From assembly GCA_964016885.1 (NCBI GenBank), contig OZ024742.1, positions 334,924,001 through 334,988,000 of the forward strand: DNA of 64,000 nucleotides, given 5' to 3'. Each line of letters starts with the position of its first letter. Position 1 is the stretch's first letter. The DNA comes from Eledone cirrhosa (Eukaryota). The position numbers and the translations under genes are program-made. This document shows positions 15,330 through 27,008 of this stretch, piece by piece. The notes under the pieces were generated by a model that searched no databases, was not told the DNA's origin, and saw nothing but the letters and a program-made list of their open reading frames with translations.

Positions 15330-16268
15330 CTAGCAGCAGTACCCAGCGTTGCCTGGGCAGGTAAAATAATATCTGCTTTGATGAAAAAGTGCTGATCTTA
15401 GCGACTGCAAGTTTCTTGAAAATCGGTCGTAAGGTGTAGCAAATGGCGAAATGTTGAGTGAAATCGTGTGGAATATGTGGAAGGTGGAAAAAATGTTATT
15501 TTGAAGAGTTAAAAGGCTGCCACGCCGTCCCTGAACAAAAAATGCAAAGTGTAAAGCTACTTTAAGATGTGCAATGATAGGTTCTATCGTAGTATAAAAG
15601 TTGAACCAAATAAATTGATTTATGTGTGAGGTGGAGCCGAAGTTTCGAATTTGAACGAAATCGGTTGAAAAATGTGGGAGCTAGAGCCGAAAAGGCGGAC
15701 ATTTGAGCGAAAAGGTGGTATTTTCGAATATTTAAGCGGCTGCCACGACATTCCTGAACAAAAAAATCCAAAATGTAAAGCCACTTTAAGACGTGAAATA
15801 ATCAGATCTAGCGTAGTGTAAAATTTGAACAAAGTAGGTTGATTAATGTGTGAGCTAGAGCCGAAAAATGGAAATTTGAGTCTAAAAGTGGTATTTTTGA
15901 ATATTTAAGCGGCTGCCACGCCGTCTCTGAACAACAAATGCAAAATATAAAGCGATTAACAGGATGTCCAATGATAAATTCTATTTTGCTTTAAAATTTG
16001 AACGAAGTCGGTGGCAAAATGTGGGAGCTAGAGCCAAAAATCTTCTTTTTCGATACCTAAAAAAAGGAGACACCACTATCGATTTTTATCTGCAGAATGA
16101 CTCCGGAATAAAAACAACGATACACTGATATATAGAAACCACTCCCCGATGACTAATCTATGAGCCTGTAAAGATTCATGAAAATCGGTCGTAAGATGTA
16201 GGCCCCTATAGGTAATCGAAGACACACAGACACACACACACACATACTTAATTTTATGTATATACAGA
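15330..16268 (-). mobile_element. Non-autonomous Helitron with three internal ~170-225-bp repeats
   Basis: On the minus strand: A|TC 5' end, a (GT)/(GTCT) tract, 3' hairpin CCCAGGCAACGCTGGG, then CTAG|T with no TSD. GGCTGCCACG...CTGAACAA recurs at ~15515, 15738 and 15911. Confidence 0.85.
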
Positions 16269-16509
16269 TTATGTAATATATCCACGATGGTCCAGGTAAC
16301 TGTCAAACATTTCCCCGAGTCGCTTTTTTCGTTGTTCTAGTCCTAGCGGCTCGCATTTCGGTCGGTGGCTTCAATTTGCATAGCTGTCTAAACGTAATGT
16401 TAAAACTCTAAGGTAAAATTCTTTATTGAGAGCTTTTGGCTGCACTTCCCTACAGCATTCGTTAGCTCGCTCGCAACCGGAGCTTCGATTATACTGTACT
16501 ACCTTATTG

Positions 16510-16550
<41 letters not shown>

Positions 16551-16587
16551 GTACATACATATATATATATATTATATATATATATAT

Positions 16588-17060
16588 TGTTATGCTTTGG
16601 GAGGGTCATATTACCAATAAGAAACACAAGCACCAGGTGCTTTCACTCCAATTTATTATAGATTAAATTTATAAATTTATAAATTTATAAATTTATAAAT
16701 TTCCCGCTGGTTGCTTGATTCCACAACCGGACAAGAACAAACAACCAACCAGTAACATGTAAATAAACAAATAAATCAACAAATATAAATACACACAGAC
16801 ACCCGGATGTAACACATGCGCAAAAACAAGATGGCTTAGGACAGAACAAAGGAGAGGCACAAAAACAAAGAAAAGAATCCCCAGTCACTGAAGAGGTCAC
16901 AGAATGTGTGATGAAAGAACTTTGATAATATATGAACAACCGTCCGGTTGTGGAACCAACCAACCAGCCGGAAATTTATAAATTTATAATAAATTGGAGT
17001 GAAAACAACTGGTGCGTGTGTATTTTATTGGCAACATGACCCTCCCAAAGCATAACAATA
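16588..17060. mobile_element. (TA)n-flanked inverted-repeat element with a degenerate hammerhead at 16884-16926
   Basis: Arms TGTTATGCTTTGGGAGGGTCAT...CACTCCAATTTATT and its reverse complement at 16975-17060; internal gtca-CTGAAGA-ggtcac..gtgat-GAAA-gaac-TT-tgat. Related termini at 32355-32440. Confidence 0.75.
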
Positions 17061-17115
17061 TCGGTTTCAACACACGTTTTCAGATAAAGAATCTTGCTAA
17101 ACAAATTCAGAAACG

Positions 17116-17160
<45 letters not shown>

Positions 17161-17163
<3 letters not shown>

Positions 17164-17380
17164 GTAAGCTATCACCGTATTTTGACTAAAGAAATTAAAG
17201 AAAGTATTTAGCCTGATAGTGGGGTTAAGAACCCTCGGAGAAATGGAAAAAGATGAGTATTTACGCACATGTACGTCAATACTCATCTTTTTGCATTTCT
17301 CCGAGGGTTCTTAACCCCACTATCAGGCTAAATAATTTCTTTAATTTCTTTAGTCAAAATACGGTGATAGCTTACATTTA
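17161..17380. repeat. ~100-bp-arm near-perfect hairpin between (TA)n tracts
   Basis: AATGTAAGCTATCACCGTATTTTG...GATGAGTATT / short spacer / AATACTCATC...CGGTGATAGCTTACATT. Confidence 0.92.
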
Positions 17381-17423
17381 TAATAATTTCAAACCCGCTC
17401 GCTATTTCGAAAAATATTCCTAC

Positions 17424-17511
<88 letters not shown>

Positions 17512-17515
17512 CATG

Positions 17516-17549
<34 letters not shown>

Positions 17550-17619
17550 AATAGACAAAGAGACAGACAGATTGAGAGATGCAGGGCGAGGGCGATATGG
17601 ATAGTTAGAGAGATAGATA

Positions 17620-20600
17620 AATTTCTTTATTAGCCACAAGGGCAGAAAAGAAGGGGACAAATACAAATGGGAAGTTTACATACATGTATATGAAAATAAA
17701 ACTATTAATACAATAACAAATAACAATTGAAATCTCCAATAGTTGGAGGTGTTACACAGGGGTTGTACACACCCGAAAGAATGTACAACTCTCATCTCCA
17801 GGAGTACCAAGAGTGACTCCTCCCTTCCTCTCTTCCTCTTTTTCCTCAGCCTACAGGCTTATATAGAGAGAAGGCCCAACCATCTTTGCAACATTCACCC
17901 ACCTTTTATAAAATTTGCTGGGGTACAGCACCTCTCTCTCCATCCTGATTCTTCTTCCAAAATGATATTTGAAAAAACGAATCAGTTGCTCGCCGGAGAG
18001 AAAGGTGTCTGACCTCAGCCCTTTTAACCTCGTCCACCATGCAACCTCTTTCACCATAGCCATAACACATAGGAAAACCGCCTCTCCCTCGTTTTTGAAG
18101 GAGGGTGGGTGTTTGATCATGACAATGGACTCGGTGGTCAACTGGATTGGTCCCACCCGCGACAATAGTCTTTCTACATAGCCCCACAGGTCGGTAACGC
18201 CCGGGCAGTATACAAATGCGTGTGCGACGGTTTCCTCGTAGAGCTTGTCGCGAACTGGTAGAGCTCCTCGGTAGCACTGCCAGGCCAGGGACTTTTGGAA
18301 GTTGTCCATTGGTCCTGGGCGGAAGGTCCTACCGAACAGACTGGCCAGTTCGTCCTCCTCTACGCCTAGAGTGTCTCCGAGCGTGTCGTCGCACTTGCTG
18401 CGGACCAACCCTCTATAGAATGTCGAAGTGGAGTCTCCACTGATCGCCGGGTCCGTTTGCCTGAGGACTGTGAGCGCCTGAGCACATTCGATGTGCCAGT
18501 CGCCGATTTTCCTCGGTCTTTGCTTGACCCAGGACTGCATCTCGGTCAGCGAGACGAGTCGTGGGAAGGCTCGCCTCACGACCAGGGCCCACACCGGTTG
18601 TCTGGTTAGGAATACGTGGAGGTGCCGCAGCCTGAGCGCGTGTTTGCGCATCGTCAGCCACGGCAACCCCAGCCCTCCGTTTGAAGGGTGTTGGCAGCAG
18701 ATGGATCGTCTCACCAAAGGAGCCCGTTTCTTCCAAAGGAATTGGAAGAGTGCGCGCTCCATTTTGGTGAGCCTTTTAGTGTGGACAAGGCACAACGGTC
18801 AAGCGGTAGTAGATGCCGGACGCTATAAACGTGTTCGCCACCTCCGCTCGACCTTTCAAGGATAGTATGCACTCGGCCCACTTCTGGGTGAGCGCAAACA
18901 CCTTGGCCGTCACCTCGTTCCAGTTCTTCTCCACCTGGAGGTCAGGACCAAACCAGACCCCGAGCAACTTTACCGGTCTTTCCGTCCAGCGTCCGACGAC
19001 GTCTTCGGAAGGCATCGGTTTGCCTCTCCACGTTCCGAGTTGCAATCCGACGGATTTGTCCCGGTTCAGCTTCGCTCCTGTGAACCTTTCGTATTCCTTC
19101 AGTAAGGTGCCGATCTCCCCGATTTGCGAGGTGCTCGACACCATTACTGTCACGTCGTCGGCGTAGGCCTACGTCGCTTTTCGCAGCCCCGGTTCCAAAG
19201 GGATACCCTGCAATAGCTCCAATTTCTGCAGTAGTGGCTCGAGTGTCAGTACGTACAGAAGGGAGGAGAGAGGGCATCCCTGTCGGATGGATCGCGTGAT
19301 ATGGAACGGCTCCGAGAGGTAGCCGTTCACCTTGACCCTTGAGCAAATGTTGCTGTTGTGCATTGCAGCAATCCAGCCCCTGAACACGGGACCGAAGCCT
19401 GTCGCCTCGAGCACCGCATCCAGGTAACGATGGTCAACCCTATCGAAAGCCTTAGACTGACCCAAGTTGATCAGGGCTCCACAGAAGCCGGGTTTACACC
19501 CTACCCTCTCTATGATGTATCGCATGAGGTGGAGCTTGTCGTGTATGGACCTGGTCGGGATTACGCATGTCTGCTCTTCTCCCACCAGGTTTTCGACGAC
19601 AAGCGCCAGCATCTTTGCCAACACCTCGGCCAAAATCTGTAACTCTGTGTTGAGAAGAGTTATGGGCCGGAAGCTACCTATGTCATCCCCTTGTTCTCCT
19701 CCTTCCTGACTAATGTGATTACGCCCTTGGTCACAGAACTGGGAATTCTCCCGTTCTGTTGCCAGTTGCAGTAGACCGCTCCAGGAGACCGGAGAATAAG
19801 TCCGGCATTGCTACGTAAATTTCGTAGGGTAGACCGTCGAGACTTGGAGATTTGCGTTTGCCGCATTGGCTCAGCACGTCCCCTATCTCTGCGGCCGAAA
19901 TCGGCCTTTCGCAGAACTTCGCCTCGCTGTCCGAGAGTCGCGGTAGGCCGTCGAGGTATGAACCGAAATCCATAGCCCCTCCCGGCGCGCCGCCCTACCC
20001 TAACAGTCATGCAAAGTGCAGCTGAAAGGCCGCGCACATTTGCTTCGGCTCACGTTTCACGCGTCCGTCTTGGTCCTTCAAAGACCGAATCGTGGACTTG
20101 TTGCCACTTTTCACCTCCGTCACTCGGGCCCAGCTAACAGCTTTGGCTCCCTCGTTTCCCAGAGCACGTATTTTGCTTCTGACAACGCAGCCTTCATGCT
20201 TTGCGTCGAAGAACTGGTCCAAGGCCGTTCTCGTCGCTAGCACGCTGGCTACGTTGCCACTTCTAATTGCCTCTTCTACTTTATCTACCAGTTCCTTTTC
20301 GGTCTTATTTCTATCTAACACTATTTCTTTACTAAAACTTATCGAGTCTAATCTAACTGCCCTCTTGAGAGAGTACCACCATCTGTTGTTGACAATGGCC
20401 CCCGTCAAGTGCTGCTTAACTAAAGTGCTAATCCGTATATTGTAGGCTTTGCATGTCGGTAACGACAAGTTCAGCTTCCAGTAGCCGGGTCCCTGTCTAT
20501 GGGTTTTGTCAAGGTTGACTAAGCAGGTCACTAATTTGTGATCTGAATTGGCAACCATGAACATTTGTGGACAGCTTAACATGTCCTTATCCTTATTTCT

Positions 20601-22390
20601 AACTAGAACCCTATCTAGGTACGATCTAGATGTTCCGCTGAGATTATTCCACGTCCACAGTGGCACAGTCGGAAAATCTAGTCGATATCTATCGGCCAGG
20701 TCAAATCGACCGATTAACTGCTTGAGGCTGTTACACCCCCCCCTCTATCGGGACATGCTCCCACATAGTCCCAACGTGCATCTAGGATTCCATTCCAGTC
20801 CCCCAGTAACAGCAGGGAGCGGGACGTTCCCAGAAAGATCTCTAGACGTTTGAAGAAGTTTCGCCGCGGTTTCCCGGATGGGGCATATGCGGCCACCAGC
20901 CTGAAGGCTCCACCTTCACTACCGTCAACGTCTAGGACCACCAGTCGACCCTCCAGGTCCAGATTTACCGTCTGTGTTACGAGGTGCAGGTGTTTCCGCA
21001 GCAAAACGGCAACCCCATCCCCCCCCCCCGGCTGACAGAGAGATGCATAGATCTCAAAGTCGTCGAATATGGGGGCCAGTTGTCGCTCGCTGTGGGTCCT
21101 GGACCCGCAAATGGCTACTACATCCATACTGTGTGACCTGAGGTCGTTTAAGAGTTTGCCCTGTTTCCAGGGCATCCCCAGGCCGCGTACATTCACACAT
21201 CCAACTCTTATATTGGCTATGTTGGTGCTGAAAAGTTAAAAGAAGAGGAAAAGAAATCACTCACCTCTTCGTCTCCCGGGGACCAGGCTGCACAATTTCC
21301 ATGGGGGTGTTGGAGGGGTTGTTTGGTGGGGTGGTGGTCTCTGGCGGGGTGGGGGAGGAGATGTTTGGTGGGGTGGGGGTGTTTGGGGGGGGGGGGGAAC
21401 ATTTCAAAAGGACGCGGTTATAGGGTTTGACGTAGGGGTTACCTACGTCGTTAGGAAATTTTTCTTTTAACTGTTTATGTGTGTCCATGGAGATCCTAAT
21501 CATTTTAAGATTAGGATTCTCCGCAGAGTGTGTAAAAGCATTCCCTTCGGTCTCCACCGAAGGGTTTTTATATATGGTGTCTGTTAAAGTTTTATTGTTA
21601 GTATTTATGTAGGTGTAACATTTTTGTTGTGTTGTGTTGCTTTTTCTTCCTTGGGTTCTTGTGTGTTTACGTTTTGTAGTAGGTGTTTTGTTTTCAGGGG
21701 GAGGGGGTTGTAGTGTTTACGTCGCTTGTATTGGTGTTTGTGTGTTTGTTGCATTTTTGTTTGTGTTATGTCTTTTCTTTTTACATTTTACTGGTCGGAG
21801 GCCTCATCCGTGTTGTTGGGGAGGGGTACATTTTGAGGAGCTCTTATGTGTGTGGGTGTTTCTGGGGTTGTTTTAGGTGAGGGGGGTTGGGTGGGACTGT
21901 GTTTGCAGTTTGGTTTGTTTTTGTGTGTTGTTGTTGTAGTGGTGGTTGTGTTGTTGTGTTGGGTGTCGGCAGTAGTGCCTTTTTTTTACTGCAGTTAATT
22001 GAGGACAGGAAGCCCTCAGGTGACCACTGCTTAAACAGTGGTAACATGAAGGCCGCCTACTCTCACAGAAATGTTTATGTAGGAATTTCCATCCAGAGGC
22101 ACACAGAATATTTCTGTGCCGTCAATTGGTCTTTCATTATTATTGATAAACTCCCGAAGAGTTTTCCCTTCTGTATGAAGGCAATATCCTTCATGGAGTT
22201 TCTTAGAACCAGCTCAATTTCGTTTTGAGTTAATTGAGCTGGTTTTCTGGTTGTATTTGAGATTGTTCTAAAAACTATGGTTTTCAGGGCAGTGTCTCTA
22301 CGCAATTCTTGGGGAGAAGCTTGGGGAGAAGTGATGCTAAAAGCGCCATCTCCCGAAAAGTTATATATTGCTTGGCATCTCTTAGCAATT
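17620..22390 (-). mobile_element. L1/Tx1-clade LINE copy A, 5'-truncated in ORF1 and decayed
   Basis: APE motifs (NVRGL, GDWN, YLDRVL, SDHK), RT motifs (SKAFDRVDH, RQGCPLS, *AYADD, KLLGVWF), GGLGLP and the ORF1 knuckle CYHCLSSGHLRASC. Flanked by (GATA)n at both ends. Confidence 0.95.
17851..21220 (-). pseudogene. ORF2 (APE endonuclease plus reverse transcriptase) of copy A, disrupted
   Basis: Split into ORFs 20714-21196, 20007-20666, 19731-19973, 19169-19633, 18776-19153 and 17851-18795. Start ATG changed to ATA, TAG just before AYADD, and an in-frame loss of the CPRC zinc-finger segment. Confidence 0.9.
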
Positions 22391-22566
22391 CTCTAGATAG
22401 ATAGATAGACAGATAGATAGACAGATATATTTTAACTTCCTTCCCTAACCTCCTCACATTACTCTTACGTCTATCAGGTCTCTCCTTATCCATGCTTACC
22501 TAAAGAAGCACTTCTGTCCGAAACCTGGAAACCTCCACCACTTCTTCCAGGCATGAACATTTTATG

Positions 22567-22645
<79 letters not shown>

Positions 22646-22667
22646 GAGAGAGAGGGAGAGAGAGAGC

Positions 22668-22795
<128 letters not shown>

Positions 22796-22930
22796 TTTCT
22801 TTTTATTTGCCACCAGGGCATCAACAAGTGGGACAAGTACAATGGGGGGAGTTTACATAACAAGGCGTCCTCAATAAGGAGGAGGCAATAACAAGATATA
22901 AAAATAAAATACAACATAACAAAATAAATT

Positions 22931-25900
22931 TTATAACAAAATCCTCAATACGGAGGAGGCGCCTTGGGGGGTCGCACACACCCCCGAAAAAAAGTGTGCA
23001 ACCCTTCTCCTCAGGAGCACAGAGAGGGGGTGCTCCCTTGATCTTTTATCTTCCTCACCTATAGTCTGATGTAGAGTGAAGGCCCATTCACACGGGCCAT
23101 TCTCGCCACTTTCACCCATATTTCATAAAAAAGGCTGGGGTGCAGCACCTCTCTCTCCATCCTGATCCTTCTTCCGAAATGATATCGGAAGAAATGGACC
23201 AGTTGTTGGCCAGAGAGAAAGGTGTCTGACCTCAGTCCTTTCAGATGCGTCCACCATACAACCTCTTTCGCCATGGCTATTACGCACAGAAACACCGCCT
23301 CTCCTTCGTTTTTGAAGAGGGGAGGCGGCTTGATCGTTACAATAGACTCGGTGGTCAACCGGATCGGTCCCACCCTTGACAGCAGTTGTTAGACATAGCC
23401 CCACAGATCGGCAATGCTCTAGCAGTGTACCAATGCGTGTGTAACGGTTTCCTCGTCGCACACGCATCTGGGACAGATCTTTTTCGAGGGGTCCCTACCC
23501 GGGCGCCACTGTCTGTAGAGCCTTTCTCGAACGGGAAGAGCCCTTCTGTAGCACTGCCAGGCCAGGGACCTCTGGAAGTTATCCATGGGTCCCGGGCTGA
23601 ATGTCCTACCGAACAGGTTGGCCAGTTCGTCTTCCTCCATGCCTAGGGCTTCTCCGAGGGCGTCGTCGCACCTGCTAACCACCAGCCCTCTATAGAATGA
23701 CGAGGTGGATTCTCCACTGACAGCCGGGTCCGCCTGCCAGAGAGCCGTGAGCGCCTGGGCACACTCGGTGTGCCAGGCGCCCAGTTTTCTCGGTCTTTGC
23801 TTGACCCAGGATTGCAGCTCGGTGAGTGAGACGAGTCTGGGAAAGGCTCGCCTCACAAACGGGGCCCACACCGGTTGACCGGTGAGGAATACCTGGAGGT
23901 GCCGTAGTCTTAATGCGTGTTTACGTATCATTATCCACGGCATCCCCAGCCCTCCTTTCGAAGGGTGTTGACAGCAGATGGATCTCCTCACCATAGGAAC
24001 CCGCTTCTTCCAAAGGAATTGGAAGAGTGCGCACTCCATTTTGGCGAGCGTTTCCCTTGGGCAAGGCACAACGGTCAGGCGGTAGTAGATGACGGACGCT
24101 ATATAAGTGTTCGCCACCTCCGCCCGACCTTTCAGGGACAGTTTGCACTCGGCCCACTTCTGGGTCAGTGCAAACACCCTGTTCGTTACCTCACCCCAGT
24201 TCTTCTCCACCTGGAGGTCTGGTCCGAACCAGACCCCGAGCAACTTCTTCCAAAGTGGTATTTGAAAAAAAGAATCAGTTGTTGGCCGGAGAGAAAGGTG
24301 TCTGACCTCAGCCCTTTCAACCTTGTCCACCATACAACCTCTTTCGCCATAGCTATCACGCAAAGGAAAACCGCCTCTCCTTCGTTTTTGAAGGAGGGTG
24401 GCGGTTTGTTCATGACAATGGACTCGGTGGTCAACTGGATTGGTCCCGCCTGCGACAATAGTCGTTCTACATAGCCCCACAGGTCAGTGACGCCCGGGCA
24501 GTGTATGAATGCGTGCTCGACGGTTTCTTCGTCTCGCACGCACCTCGGACAGATCTTTTTTGCAGGGTCCCTACCTGGGCGCCCATATCTGTAGAGCTTG
24601 TCTCGAACTGGTAGAGCTCCTCGGTAGCACTGCCAGGCCAGGGACTTTTGGAAGTTGTCCATCGGTCCCGGGCGGAAGGTCCTACCGAACAGACTGGCCA
24701 GTTCATCTTCCTCTGCGCCTAGAGTTTCACCGAGCGCGTCGTCGCACTTGCTGCGGACCAAACCTCTATAGAATGACGAAGTGGAGTCTCCACTGATAGC
24801 CGGTCCACCTGCCAGAGGGTTATGAGCGCCTGAGCACATTCGATGTGCCAGTCGCCCATTTTCCTCGGTCTTTGCTTGACCCAGAACTGCAGCTCGGTCA
24901 GCGAGACGAGTCGTGGGAAGGCTCGCCTCACGAACGGGGTCCACACCGGTTGTCCGGTGAGGAATACGTAGAGATGCCGCAGCTTGAGCGCGTGTTTGCG
25001 CATCGTCAACCACGGCATCCCCAGCCCTCCGTTAGAAGGGTGTTGGCAGCAGATGGATCTTCTCACCAAAGGAACCCGCCTCTTCCAAAGGAATCGGAAG
25101 ACCGCGCGCTCCATTTTGGCGAGCGTTTTGGCTGGTCGAGTCACGACGGTCAAGCGGTAGTAGATGGCGGACGCTATAAAAGTGTTCGCCACCTCCGCTC
25201 GACCTTTCAAGGATAGTTTGCACTCGGCCCACTTCTGGGTGAGTGCAAACACCTTGGCCGTCACTTCGTTCCAGTTCTTCTCCACCTGGAGGTCCGGACC
25301 AAACCAGAGCCCGAGCAGCTTTACCGGTCCTTCCGTCCAGCGTCCGACGACGCCATCGGAAGGCATCGGTTTGCCTCTCCACGATCCGAGTTGCAAACCG
25401 ATGGACTTGTCCCGGTTCAGCTTCGCTCCTGTGAGACTTTCGTATTCCTTCAGTAAGGTGCCGACTTCCTCGATTTGCGAGGGCTCGACACCATTACTGT
25501 TACGTCGTCGGCGTAGGCCGACGCCGCTTTCCGCAGTCCTGGTTCCAGAGGGATGCCCTGCAATAGCTCCAGCTTCCGCAGTAGTGGCTCGAGAGTCAGT
25601 ACGTACAGAAGGGAGGAGAGAGGGCATCCCTGTCGAATGGATCGCGTAATATGGAACGGCTCCGAGAGGTAGCCGTTCACATTGACACTTGAGCAGATGT
25701 TGCTCTTGTGCATTGCAGCAATCCAGCCCCCGAACATGGGTCAGAAGCCTGCCGCCTCGAGCACCGCATCCAGGTAACGATGGTAAACCCTATCGAAAGC
25801 CTTAGACTGATCCAAGTTGATCAGGGCCCCACCGAAGCCGGGTTTACACCCTACCCTCTCTATGATGTATCGCATGAGGTGGAGGTTGTCGTGTATGGAC

Positions 25901-26975
25901 CTGGTCGGGATTGCGCATGTCTGCGCTTCTCCCACCAGGTTCTCGACGACAAGCGCCAGCCTCTTTGCCAACACCTTGGCCAAAATCTGTAACTCTGTGT
26001 TTAGCAGAGTTATTGGCCGGAAGTTACCTATGTCATCCCCCTTATTCTCGTCCTTCCTGATTAGTGTGATTACGCCCCCGGTTACAGAATTTTCCCGTTC
26101 TGTTGCCAGTTGCAGTAGACCGCTTCCAGGAGACCGGAGAATAAGTCCGGCATTGCTACGTAAAATTCGTAGGGTAGACCGTCGAGACCTGGACATTTGC
26201 GTTTGCCGCATTGGGTCAGCACGTCCCCTATCTCAGTGGGTGAAATCGGTTTTCGCAGAACTTTGCCTCGCTGTCCGAGAGTCGCGGTAGGCCGTCGAGG
26301 TATGGACCGAAATCCATAGCCTCTCCCCCTCCCCCCGAACAGCCGAGCAAAGTGCCGCTGAAAAGCCGCACACATCTGCTTCGGCTCACGTATCACGCGT
26401 CCGTTTTGGTCCTTCAAAGACCGAATCGTGGACTTGTTGCCACTTTTTGCCTCCGTCACCCGGGCCCAGCTAACAGCTTTGGCTCCCTCGTTTCCCAGAG
26501 CACGTATTTTGCTTCTGACAACGCAGCCCTCGTGCTTTGCGTCGAAGAACTGGTCCAAGGCCGTTCTCGTTGCTAGCACGCTGGCTACGTTGCCACTTCT
26601 AATTGCCTCTTCTACTTTATCTACCAGTTCCTTCTCGGTTCTATTTCTATCTAACGCTAATTCTTTACTAAAAACTATCGAGTCTAATCTAACTGCCCTC
26701 TTGAGAGAGTACCACCATCTGTTGTTGACAATGGCCCCTGTCAAGTGCTGTTTAACTAAAGTGCTAATCCATCTACTGTAGGCTTTGCTTGTCGGTAACG
26801 AGGTTGTCGGTAAGTCATCGAAGATGGGGGCCAGCTGTCGCTCGCCGTGGATCCTGGACTCGCAAATGGCTACCACATCCATACTGTGCGACCTGAGGTC
26901 GTTTAAGAGTTTGCCCTGTTTCCAGGGCATCCCCAGGCCGCGTCCGTTCACACATCCGACTCTTATATTGGCCAT
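22931..26975 (-). pseudogene. ORF2 of copy B, frameshifted, with most of the APE domain deleted
   Basis: Fragments 26082-26975, 25741-26211, 25450-25737, 24719-25627, 24186-25013, 23419-24480 and 23059-23373; C-terminal CPRC...ETVxHA..C motif. Confidence 0.9.
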
Positions 26976-27008
26976 GTTGGTGCTGAAAAGTTAAAAGAGG
27001 AAAAGAGA

